A stretch of 52,334 nucleotides of DNA, taken from the NCBI GenBank assembly GCA_964391885.1, contig CAYMNU010000082.1:1-52334 (forward strand). The letters are read 5' to 3'. Positions 35,707 to 48,568 of this stretch are shown one piece after another. The notes beneath the pieces are model-generated. The model searched no databases, was not told the origin of the DNA, and saw only the letters and a list, made by a program, of their open reading frames with translations. The number at the start of each line of letters is the position of its first letter. The first letter of the stretch is position 1. This stretch comes from an uncultured archaeon (lineage in GTDB: Archaea > Altiarchaeota > Altiarchaeia > JAFGQM01). A program made the translations under genes and the position numbers.

Positions 35707-36117
35707 TCATAATCCGAACGGGCTTCCCATATCCTGTTCAAGCCTCGCCCGCTTGGCATTAGTCTTGTGGCTGTATTTGAGGTTGATGAAGCGTTCCAGC
35801 TCGTCTGCGACAGGGAGCGGTATATTCAGCATGTCGCCGTCTAGGTGAGGCGACTTGTGAGTACCCAGAGTGTCCTCGCGTGGGTCCACCTCTCCGGGAT
35901 CTTTAAGGTCCCAGTTGAAGCCTTGCCCGCCCTTGGCAAGGGCATATGCCTGTGGCTGCGGATAGGGCTGGAAGCCCGCAGGTGCAGTGGGGCCTTTTCT
36001 GTTCAAGGAATACGCCACCGCACCCACGGCTATGAGAGCTATACCCATCCAGCCTGCGCCCGGGGCCAGCAATAGCGCCGCGCCCAGTATCATGATTATG
36101 GCTGTGCTGTCCATCAT
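35707..36117 (-). CDS. Small TM-hairpin protein C
   Basis: N-terminal double TM, Pro/Gln linker, soluble tail. Confidence 0.75.
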   Translation of the reverse strand: MMDSTAIIMILGAALLLAPGAGWMGIALIAVGAVAYSLNRKGPTAPAGFQPYPQPQAYALAKGGQGFNWDLKDPGEVDPREDTLGTHKSPHLDGDMLNIPLPVADELERFINLKYSHKTNAKRARLEQDMGSPFGL

Positions 36118-36722
36118 TCTTTTGCCCAGTCGTCAAAGCCTGTCTTGACCGTTTCAAAGGTAGGTTCAAGGCACTTGGTCTTGAGTATGGGCTTGCTTGT
36201 GCGGAAGTGGGAAGTTATCAAGTTTGTGAAGACCTTAACGCCATCAACGGGATTCTGTTCATCCATGAAAGGCATGTTCAGCCTCAGGTCATCTTTTACC
36301 CTGACTCTTGCCATGGGATTTTCTTTATCTTGTGGTCCAGTAGCATAAAAGCTGAAGGTCCCTGTTCTTTTTCCAACTGAGGCTATTCCACCTGTGAGAT
36401 CATATTCAGGGCTTCCCTTTTCAGGACCTATTGACCCAATATCAGCTATACCGTCCGGTGGCATCGTCGGCTTGAAGTGCATGGGGTCGTTCACAGAGCC
36501 CCAGATTTCTTTTTTCTTGGCAGGCTTGCCCTGCGACATCATTGGCCTCGCCTGTGCCATAGCAGGACGGGGCACCATCACAGGACTTTGCTCGCCGCCC
36601 AAAGCCATAGCTAATGAGAGCATTATAGTAGCTATACCCAGCCACCACCAGGTGCCTCCTAGGAAGAGTATGAAAAACCCCAGTGCCAGTAGGCCCAGCA
36701 GCGTCGTGGTGCCAATAGCCAT
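36114..36722 (-). CDS. TM-hairpin protein D
   Basis: N-terminal double TM with 'WWWLGI', Pro/Met-rich linker, soluble C-domain. Confidence 0.75.
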   Translation of the reverse strand: MAIGTTTLLGLLALGFFILFLGGTWWWLGIATIMLSLAMALGGEQSPVMVPRPAMAQARPMMSQGKPAKKKEIWGSVNDPMHFKPTMPPDGIADIGSIGPEKGSPEYDLTGGIASVGKRTGTFSFYATGPQDKENPMARVRVKDDLRLNMPFMDEQNPVDGVKVFTNLITSHFRTSKPILKTKCLEPTFETVKTGFDDWAKE

Positions 36723-36727
36723 GCCGT

Positions 36728-37861
36728 CTATTTCTTCTCCAGGACCTCGACCATCTTGATATTGAGTTCCCTGATAGTGTCAAGGAGCTCTTTTAACTGC
36801 CCAAGTTCGGTCTCGATCGCATCCATTTTGTCCGTAAGCTGTTTTGCAGTTTCCGCATCCAATTTTTCTTCCTCCTCTTGTGTCAGTTCCTTGTTTGAGA
36901 ATTTATCTTGTAATGTGTCACCCGAGTCACCGAGCGCCTTGGCAGTTTCTTTTTTCGGTGCGGGAGCGACGGGCTTTGAAATCGCTTCCTTGATTAAGCT
37001 AAGCCTCTTCATCTTAGCCTGGGTAAGGCTGTCTTCAGATACCTTATCTTTCTTTTCCTTTTTGCCGTCTTTCTTGTCCTTTGTGGCTTTTTTATCTGGA
37101 GATTCTTTAGAGGATGATGAAGTCATGGCAGCCAGCTTAGAAAGCCGGTCATCGCCCTTTGCAGCAGGGCTTGCCTGTTTTTCGGCTTCGGAGAGATTTG
37201 CTTGTTCAGCATCTTTTTTCTTCTTGCCGAATAGTCCAAAGAAGCCCTTACCTTCTTTTGAGGATTTCTGCTCTTTTGCCTTAGGGGCTTTTTCCGGGGT
37301 CTTTTCTGGGATTTCCTTGCTTGTGGTGGTGTCTAGGGGCTTAAAAATATCGGCAAGGGGGTCTTTTTCAGGAAGCACTTTACCTGCGTCAGGGGGAAGT
37401 ACATTAGAAGCGGAAGGAGCTATGGAAGGCTCTGCAAGCGGCGCTTGCTGCTGCACTTTGGTTACTGCATTGGCTTGTTGGGGGTCTTTTTTCTTCTTGC
37501 CGAATAATCCTAGGAATCCTTTGCCCTCCTGAGAGGGTTTAGGCTCTTTTGCCTCGGGGGCTTTTTCCGGAGTCTTTTCCGGGATTTTATCATCAGTTGC
37601 GCTCTCTTGCTTGCCTGCAGCTTTATCCTGTGTGCCTTCGGATTTTTCCTCGCCCTTGGAATCGGCTTTTGCTTTTGCAATCTCTTTTTGAAGCTCCTTT
37701 GCCTTTTTTATGAGATGGTGCACCTCCCTTCCGCTAAGCCCAAAATCTACTAATTGTGTTTTGACTTCGTCGTCGCTCATGCCTTCTTCATATAATTTGG
37801 CGACCAATTCTTCAGGTTTGGAGCTACTCATCTTTTTAATCAGATGGCTATAATTATGCAT
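36728..37861 (-). CDS. Low-complexity Lys/Glu-rich protein with an internal duplication and C-terminal coiled coil
   Basis: Duplicated 38-aa block containing GF(L/F)GLFGKKKK; heptad-like C-terminus. True start is probably 37831. Confidence 0.8.
   Translation of the reverse strand: MHNYSHLIKKMSSSKPEELVAKLYEEGMSDDEVKTQLVDFGLSGREVHHLIKKAKELQKEIAKAKADSKGEEKSEGTQDKAAGKQESATDDKIPEKTPEKAPEAKEPKPSQEGKGFLGLFGKKKKDPQQANAVTKVQQQAPLAEPSIAPSASNVLPPDAGKVLPEKDPLADIFKPLDTTTSKEIPEKTPEKAPKAKEQKSSKEGKGFFGLFGKKKKDAEQANLSEAEKQASPAAKGDDRLSKLAAMTSSSSKESPDKKATKDKKDGKKEKKDKVSEDSLTQAKMKRLSLIKEAISKPVAPAPKKETAKALGDSGDTLQDKFSNKELTQEEEEKLDAETAKQLTDKMDAIETELGQLKELLDTIRELNIKMVEVLEKK
37200..37587. repeat. 115-bp internal duplication (37200-37314 / 37473-37587)
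   Basis: Ungapped similar blocks encoding IPEKTPEKAP.AKE.K.S.EGKGF.GLFGKKKKD..QA. Confidence 0.9.
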
Positions 37862-37892
37862 TGTTTAATTAAAATGCTGTTTGCATGCAAAT

Positions 37893-39398
37893 ATGGCTTC
37901 TAAAAGTGTTTGGAATCTGCCCGGGGGACCCTGGGAAAGGGTATTCGCAGGGGTGTGGAACAATTTCAATGTAGCAGTCTATGAGAACTCTGAAAAAGTC
38001 CTTCTGACCACCATATTCCCGAAAACAGGAGAAGTCAACTGGATTATGATAAGGGTAGACAAGATACTACTGGTGCCCAAGGGATTCGAAAAGATCGAGG
38101 CGGAACTCCAACAAAAGAACATTCAGATACTCAAGCAGAGAATTCCCGAAAGGCATATGGATTATATCATATTGCTGACACCCCCGACCACGGTGGAATT
38201 CGGCAGCAAGGAGATAGGCTCGAGCGTATTCCAAAAAACGCTGGCACTCGGTAAAGAGGTCGAAGAGATAAAAGCTCTGGCGAGCAAAAAGGGTGTTGAG
38301 GTAATAGACTTAAAGGACGCACCATATAAAGAGGCTGCAAATGTTATGGGGAATCCGACGCTGTTGCTAGGTTTACTAAGTGTGGCGCCCGAGGGGGAAG
38401 AGCCAAAGAAGGAGCGTCTTACTCAAATAACATTAGGAGAAACTGTAGATGGTTTGTTCGGCATAGATGAAAGTTTCTTTCGCTCCTTCAGCTCGATAAA
38501 AAGAGGTAGCGAGGAGGAACGAAATTATCTTGCGCAGGCTATAATGGAAAGTGCCATAATAGATGCATCCCCAATGCCGATAATCTTCAATTTTAGCCAA
38601 TCCCACTTAAAGCTTTCCCAAGCAAACCCCTACCCCTATGATTATTCGCGCTATGGGTTCGAGTCACACAATATAGGATTCAGGCTTGAAAGCTATGACG
38701 CCTCATCCAATGAATGTCCACTAAAGATTAATCTTAACCAAGCGAGTCCACAATTCCTCTGGAAGCTTTTCGGGCTTGGGACCGACGAAGCTTCTACTGC
38801 CATACTTTCTGCGGCAAATAAGCTGCAGCAGTCCAATTCTATAAACACTATAGAAGACCTAAAAAATGAGATCTGCAAAACAGCTCCGGGGAATGATAAG
38901 GAGCGAGGCATCCAGTCCAATGCCCTCAGGATATTGGGCACTATCGATTTGGCTTACGGCGACATATTCTCTTCAAGCTGTGATTTCTGTGCAGTGTTGA
39001 AAAATTGGATTGGGAAGAATGCGACAGTCCATATAGACTTAGCGGGACTTGATAAAAGGCCCAGACTAGCCTTCCTGCTTTATGTACTTGACAGTGCGGA
39101 GGTGATGCGCCTCTCAGGAAACTCGTCAGACATAGAAACTAAACGGCTAGAACAGGTTTACTTTGGCTTGGTAAACCTTGCTTGGTTTGGAACAGGCATA
39201 CTACAAGAGGAAATAATAAATAAGATCATAGAAAGCAAGTCCGGCGGGCTTTTTGTAAACGAGGGAGACCTGCCTATGAAAATTGAGAGCAGAGTTGTAA
39301 ACAAATTCAGTATTACCGGGCCAGGCAAAGCCAAATTATACCGAGGGGGGCGAGGAGCCGAATTCACAATAAGGCCGCTTCTGAGCTGTCCACCCTAA
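37893..39398 (+). CDS. Degenerate HerA/VirB4-like (DUF87-type) ATPase-fold protein
   Basis: Motif order follows HerA (LG...H/R-x-I-x-G, PxIIFD-like, helical insert, IDL, C-terminal RP). Walker A reads 'RGSEEERN' and Walker B has no acidic pair. The fold is inferred. Confidence 0.6.
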   Translation: MASKSVWNLPGGPWERVFAGVWNNFNVAVYENSEKVLLTTIFPKTGEVNWIMIRVDKILLVPKGFEKIEAELQQKNIQILKQRIPERHMDYIILLTPPTTVEFGSKEIGSSVFQKTLALGKEVEEIKALASKKGVEVIDLKDAPYKEAANVMGNPTLLLGLLSVAPEGEEPKKERLTQITLGETVDGLFGIDESFFRSFSSIKRGSEEERNYLAQAIMESAIIDASPMPIIFNFSQSHLKLSQANPYPYDYSRYGFESHNIGFRLESYDASSNECPLKINLNQASPQFLWKLFGLGTDEASTAILSAANKLQQSNSINTIEDLKNEICKTAPGNDKERGIQSNALRILGTIDLAYGDIFSSSCDFCAVLKNWIGKNATVHIDLAGLDKRPRLAFLLYVLDSAEVMRLSGNSSDIETKRLEQVYFGLVNLAWFGTGILQEEIINKIIESKSGGLFVNEGDLPMKIESRVVNKFSITGPGKAKLYRGGRGAEFTIRPLLSCPP

Positions 39399-39484
39399 TC
39401 GGATAAATGGTTTCCAGGACAATAAAACCGTTTGGAAAAAGTTGCGGGTTTTAATGTTTTTATACGCAGTCGCTATAACTTCAC

Positions 39485-39574
39485 ATGGCCACTTGTCCTG
39501 AATGCGGAAGCAAAATCGCACATGAGGGAGGCTGCATGACTTGCTATAGTTGCGGTTGGGCTGCTTGCAGCTGA
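39485..39574 (+). CDS. 29-aa stand-alone Zn-ribbon microprotein (not in ORF track)
   Basis: MATCPECGSKIAHEGGCMTCYSCGWAACS*; TTTTTATA about 20-25 nt upstream. Confidence 0.75.
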   Translation: MATCPECGSKIAHEGGCMTCYSCGWAACS

Positions 39575-39658
39575 TTTCTTATTTTTGCAATATATCTAGA
39601 TCGTGTGAAGCTTATATATTTAGCAAATGCTAGACTAGAAAAAAATAGGATTAAAAAA

Positions 39659-43468
<3,810 letters not shown>

Positions 43469-43472
<4 letters not shown>

Positions 43473-46400
43473 TTTTTCTTGTCCTCTGTCATTATCAGGG
43501 TCGATACGCACATTGACTTTATCTCATCCAGTAACAGCTTAAACGCATGAGGTACCTGAACGAGAACCGGGCTCACTTCCCCGCATACAGGGCAGCCGTA
43601 TTTGCCGGACGCCGAGTCGCGGACGGCCTCTTCGCCGCATTCCGGACAAACTATAAGGTCCGACCTGTCTGACTCCTCGACTAGCCTTTCCCTTAAGAGG
43701 AGTGATGCACCGTGGCCTATTAGGCAGTCCCGCTCCATCTCCCCGAACCTGAGGCCGCCCTCATTGGCGCGCCCTTCGGTCGGCTGGTGCGTAAGCAGGG
43801 TCACAGGCCCTCTTGACCTTGCATGCATCTTGCCGGCAACCATGTGGTGCAGCTTTTGATAGTAAATTGGTGTTATATAGATTTCACAATCAAACTTCTT
43901 GCCTGTCTTGCCGTCGTACATCACCTCAGTACCGCTATCACGGAAGCCCAGCTTTTTTAGTGATGCCCTTAGGTCCACTTCTTTCTCACCCTTGAAGACT
44001 GTGCCGTCGATTCTGCGCCCTTCCATGGCACCGACCTTGCCCCCTATCATCTCTAAAAGGTGGCCTACAGTCATTCTTGAAGGTATGGCGTGAGGGTTTA
44101 TTATAAGGTCGGGAACTACGCCCCTTTCGGTGAAAGGCATATCCTCATGGCGAACCATAAGGCCGACTACTCCTTTCTGCCCGTGCCTGGACGCAAACTT
44201 GTCGCCCAGCTCCGGATATCTCGGCTTTCTAACCCTGATTTTTACAAGGCGGTTGCCGTTGTCAAGTACGCTCATGACCACCTGGTCAACAGTCCCGGAT
44301 TCCCTGGGCCTTACGCACATCGAAGACTCCCTTCTTTTGTCGCCCAGTAATCCAAACTCGCCAATCTCCTCCAAGAATCTCGGGGGCGATGTTTTTCCTA
44401 CTAAAACGTCGGAAGAGCCTATAGGCGTGCCCGGGTCTACAGTCCCGCCTTCGTCGAGAAGCCTATATGCCTCCAGCTCCCTAAAGCCTTCTATCTCCTC
44501 GCCGGGCAGCTCTATCTTATCCTTTTGGCCTCCTGGATATCGCTTCTCTTCAGTCTCATAGGTCCTGAAGAAAGTGGATACACCCAGGCCGCGGTCGACT
44601 GAAGAGCGATTAAATATAAGCGCGTCTTCAAGGTTATAGCCGTGGTAGCTCATGATGGCCACTACAAAGTTCTGCCCGCTGGGCAGCTTCTCGTACTCTG
44701 ATATCTTGAAGCCGTGTGTGGACACCATTGGCATTTGCGCGTAATGCAAGAGGTTTGCCCGCGTGTCGTTTCTTGAGACGAAGTTGGTGACATAATAGCC
44801 TAGCGACTGCTTGCTCATTGCCGCTCCCATTGTAATCCTCGGGGAAGAATTATACTCGGAGTAGGGTATAATCGAAGCCCCTATGCCGACAATGAGAGAT
44901 GGGTCCAGCTCTAGATGAGTGTGTTCGGGCGTTACTTCTGCCAACTCCATTGCAGTATAGGCATTCTCTTCTTCAAGAGAGTCTATATATTCGACTTTGC
45001 CCTCTTCGACGAACTTGTCGATGCCCAGCTCTCCTTTCTTGACCTTCTCTAGCTCGGCCTTGCTGACTAAGGGCTTTCCAGCCTCGACTATCGCCACGGG
45101 ACGCTGCACCCTGCCCTTGTCGGTAAATAAGTGTATCTCTTTGTTTTCTTCAAATACGCCCACGTTAACATCCGAGGGTAGCTTGCCCTGCCGCCTTAGT
45201 GTCTTAATCTTCTTTGTGACTTTGTTGGGCTGGTCCACTGAGCCCACTATCTTTCCGTTGACCTCTATTACGTATTTACCGGAATCTGAATTGAACTCCT
45301 TGAGCGCCTCTTCTACTGGCTTATGATCCTGCTCCCTGGTGATTTTTGCAGATAGTGCAAGGTTTTTCACCAGGCCGCAGTTCTGGCCTTCCGGAGTCTC
45401 ACAGGGGCAGAACCGGCCCCAGTGAGTGCCGTGTAAATCACGGGCCTCGAAATGAGGGTGAGTCCTTGAAAGAGTGGATGTAACACGCCTCAGGTGGGCC
45501 AGCACGGATATGTAATTAGTCCTGTCGAGTATCTGCGAGATACCTGTTCGCCCGCCCGGCCAGTTACCTGTAGCGAGTGAATACATAACACGCTTGGTGA
45601 ATACCTCAGGCCTCACTGCACGCCTTAGGTCGATCTTCTTGCGCCTTGCGTAGTTCTTCTCGGTTTGATACTTAATATCTTTAGTAAGGGCTCCGAATGC
45701 AGTCCTGAAGAGCTCTTCCATCATGTCGCCCGCAATCTTAAGCCTCTTGTTCATGTAGTGGTCCTTGTCGTCCACTTCCCTCGTACCGAGGTCTATCTCT
45801 ATCGCCCTCTTAGCCATCCTCGCAAGGAACATGCCCTTGCGCCGCCTCAGATCAGCCTCGTTGCCGACGTGCGGTAGCAAGAACAAATCAAGAACCTGCT
45901 GGGCGCGAGTAACCTGAATCTCCTTCCTCTGGCCTATTGCCACCCTGGCTCCGATATACTTAAGGGCCTCTTCCTGGTCAGGCACCTTGCAGAGTTCCAA
46001 GTTCACCTTCATCTCGGGCTTCTCTTCATCTTCGAAGAGTTCGAGTATCTCATCGTCGTTGAGGCCTAGTGCCCTGAGAACTACAGAAAGCGAAAGTATT
46101 CTGGGAAGCCCGGGGAATGAGACATACAGCGTCTCGCCGGTCCTCATTTCCTTTCTGGTGACGGCTATTCTGCTTCTGAACCCCTGGCGGGTTGAGAAAA
46201 CCTTTACGGTGATGTTGTCTTTCCCGGCCACCTCGTCAATGCTTGTGATTATAGTGTTGGGCGCAAGGTCTTCCAATATGATGACCACGCGCTCCCTGCC
46301 GTTGATAATGAAATACCCGCCGAAGTCCATCGGGTCTTCGCCGAGCTCTGCGAGCTCCTTTCGCTCCAACCCATTCAGCCAGCAGTAGTCGCTCTTCACC

Positions 46401-46720
46401 ATGATCGGGAATTCACCGATGACTGCGTTTATGGGCGGCCTTTCTATGCCATCCTGTACTGCAATAATCTCAAGGACCAGCTTTCCGGCATATGTCATGT
46501 TCCTTATGCGGGCGTCCTGCGGCGTTATCTGATGGACCGTGGAATCCATCTCCTTCGCGTCGGGCTTCTTGAGCGAAAGCTTGCCGAACTTAATCTGCAG
46601 GTTGGGTATGCGCGTCTCAAGTACGCCCACTTCGTCAACTATACCCTGCATAACATCGTTTATGAAATCGTTGTATGAATTCAGCTGGTGCTTTATGAGG
46701 TCGTCTCTGGTTATCTGCAT
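43469..46720 (-). CDS. rpoB: RNA polymerase subunit B (Rpo2, unsplit)
   Basis: 'GGYFIINGRERV', 'GDKFASRHGQKG', 'GGLRFGEMERD', C-terminal Zn site; single ORF. Confidence 0.98.
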
Positions 46721-46729
46721 TTTTTCACC

Positions 46730-47011
46730 TTATTCAATGACCACCCTGAAGTAGGGTGCTGTGCCCGCTGTCTGCGAAGCCCGTGTAATCTTTATAACAT
46801 CGCCTATTTTGGCCCCTTCCGGAAGGGCGGGGTCCCCCTTAAGTATCTTGGGGAGCTTGGACCTGTCAACGCCGTATTCCATCAATATGGACTTGGCGTC
46901 ATCCTCGCTTAGTATTTCGTGCGCGGGAACGATAGAATGGGTTAGTATTTCAGAGCTCAATTTTTTCACCTCTACACACATATCGGCGCAGCGGGAGACG
47001 CATGGAGCCAA
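46730..47011 (-). CDS. rpoH: RNA polymerase subunit H (Rpo5)
   Basis: 'HSIVPAHEIL', 'LPKILKGDP', 'DVIKITRAS.TAG...FRVV'. Confidence 0.95.
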   Translation of the reverse strand: MAPCVSRCADMCVEVKKLSSEILTHSIVPAHEILSEDDAKSILMEYGVDRSKLPKILKGDPALPEGAKIGDVIKITRASQTAGTAPYFRVVIE

Positions 47012-47045
47012 ATAGCGTGAAAATGCGGTACTTTAGAAGAATCGC

Positions 47046-47062
47046 TTTAAAAAGCTTTTCGG
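47046..47062 (-). promoter_or_regulatory. BRE + TATA of the RNAP operon
   Basis: Minus strand CCGAAAAG-C-TTTTTAAA, nearly identical to the tfb promoter. Confidence 0.75.
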
Positions 47063-47070
47063 TTTTTGAG
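47060..47070 (+). repeat. Left target-site duplication CGGTTTTTGAG
   Basis: Identical 11-mer at 52242-52252; each copy abuts a TIR. Confidence 0.9.
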
Positions 47071-47100
47071 GCTTTGTAGATAAAGTACATGAATCAGTCG

Positions 47101-47135
47101 ACTTTTTCTACACATGGGGCACTTTATCTACAGAA
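47101..47135 (+). repeat. Left subterminal repeat pair ACTTTTTCTACA-N8-ACTTTATCTACAGAA
   Basis: Same arrangement, with the same 8-nt spacing, at 52188-52222. Confidence 0.9.
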
Positions 47136-47138
47136 CCA

Positions 47139-48275
47139 CTAACGAGCCATTATCTCCTTGACATCAGATAAGACATCTCCAACTTCCTTCTCAACACGGT
47201 TTTTGGTTTTATAATATGGGGCCAATCCAGAATCATTGTTGCTTTCCATATTCCTAGTTATGGTCTTAGTCTCTGTCCTCTCGTTAATAAGTCGATCAAC
47301 ACGTAATTGGTTATAAACTTGCACTGCGCTTCCATTAGTAAGTGATGAATCTAAATTAAGTCCTGAATTTTTAATAGTGCCTAGTTGATAAGCCCCGTAA
47401 TCTTCAATATTGAAGTACCTGAGCTTCTCATAAATTAGTTTACCACCACCCCAAATAACTCCACTAGTGCTGTCTATACCATAAGCAGGAATTAGTAATT
47501 CAGTTATTGGGGCAACTTCATTGCTCGTTTTTTTATTTGGAGGTACATCAAATATATGTAAGAAATATTGTTTATCAATATCTTCTCCAACTTTACTCTT
47601 AATCTTTAATCGACTTCGGATTAAGTACACTGTAGTTCGTATTAAGGCGCGATCTAAGGGGGAACTTGAAAAATCAACTGCAAAGAATCGGATGCCGTCT
47701 TTGATATAAGTGTCTATCATTTCAGGCAAAATTCTAAATTCCGCAGTTCGAGGAATATATCCAACTATCTCTTTATTATTTGAAGTTTGGTTATCAATTT
47801 TGGTTCTCTTGTATACCTGTCTAAAGACATTAATACTCTTTAATCCTGTTGGAAGTGGTGGTATGATGAGATCACATCCGGCATCACGTTGTGTGGATAG
47901 TAAGTTTATAGTCTGTATTTCACTAACCTTTTCTACCGGCACTGTTATCTCACCAACCTTATGTTGGTGGGGTATTCTTGTAAATACCAAGTTAATTTTG
48001 CCCTTAATAGTCTTGTTACTAAGTCGCTTAAGTAATCCATCTCTAGATAACCTATTATTTTCTAGTCCAGAGAATGTTAAATAATTCAAGGATTCCCCAG
48101 CTACAACCAGATTTGTTTTGTCAATTTCCTTCCTACATCCCAACGCCTCAGCAATGTCTAAATCTCTTTTAGTTATTGCATGAGTTGGGGTGGTTATCTC
48201 AATACCATTAATTTTGAGAGTTGTTGCATGGGCGAGAGTATTCATCGCTTCTTCTGCAAACCAATCTATATCCAT
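47139..48275 (-). CDS. TGT-like (tRNA-guanine transglycosylase-related) TIM-barrel protein, function unknown
   Basis: N-terminal 'TLKINGIEITTP', then 'DLIIPP', 'IVGYIP', 'FAVDF', 'LHIF', 'AYGIDS' in TGT order; no Zn-binding Cys motif. The fold is inferred. Confidence 0.55.
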   Translation of the reverse strand: MDIDWFAEEAMNTLAHATTLKINGIEITTPTHAITKRDLDIAEALGCRKEIDKTNLVVAGESLNYLTFSGLENNRLSRDGLLKRLSNKTIKGKINLVFTRIPHQHKVGEITVPVEKVSEIQTINLLSTQRDAGCDLIIPPLPTGLKSINVFRQVYKRTKIDNQTSNNKEIVGYIPRTAEFRILPEMIDTYIKDGIRFFAVDFSSSPLDRALIRTTVYLIRSRLKIKSKVGEDIDKQYFLHIFDVPPNKKTSNEVAPITELLIPAYGIDSTSGVIWGGGKLIYEKLRYFNIEDYGAYQLGTIKNSGLNLDSSLTNGSAVQVYNQLRVDRLINERTETKTITRNMESNNDSGLAPYYKTKNRVEKEVGDVLSDVKEIMAR

Positions 48276-48326
48276 TTTACGAAGTTGTTTTCACCTCGTA
48301 ATTTTAGATGTTATGGGTATAAAAAC

Positions 48327-48470
48327 CTATCGTTGGTTCCTTTGAATCTCTCGAAGAAGCGCAGTCTCAGCAAAATCACTTATTTTTAGATTATGGTCTA
48401 ATGCGCTTCTTTTCACCTGCATCCATATATCGGGCTCTATCCTCATACTTATGGTAATTTTTTGTTCCAT
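48327..48470 (-). CDS. 47-aa RHH regulator (not in ORF track)
   Basis: MEQKITISMRIEPDIWMQVKRSALDHNLKISDFAETALLREIQRNQR*. Confidence 0.8.
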   Translation of the reverse strand: MEQKITISMRIEPDIWMQVKRSALDHNLKISDFAETALLREIQRNQR

Positions 48471-48482
48471 TTTGGTTAAAAT

Positions 48483-48535
48483 GTAATAATTATTACCTCG
48501 TTATTACAAAAAACTTTGTAATAATGTAATAATTA
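48483..48535. promoter_or_regulatory. Operator-like array of GTAATAA half-sites
   Basis: Perfect palindrome GTAATAATTATTAC (48483-48496), IR TTATTACAAA/TTTGTAATAA (48501-48524), and ATGTAATAATTA repeated twice. Confidence 0.65.
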
Positions 48536-48568
48536 ATATTTTCTCATACGTATATAAAAATGGAAGGT

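Noticed and set aside
47075-47112. Xer/dif site
   Set aside because: The inverted arms are separated by 14 nt rather than 6, and the motif is better explained as transposon end repeats.
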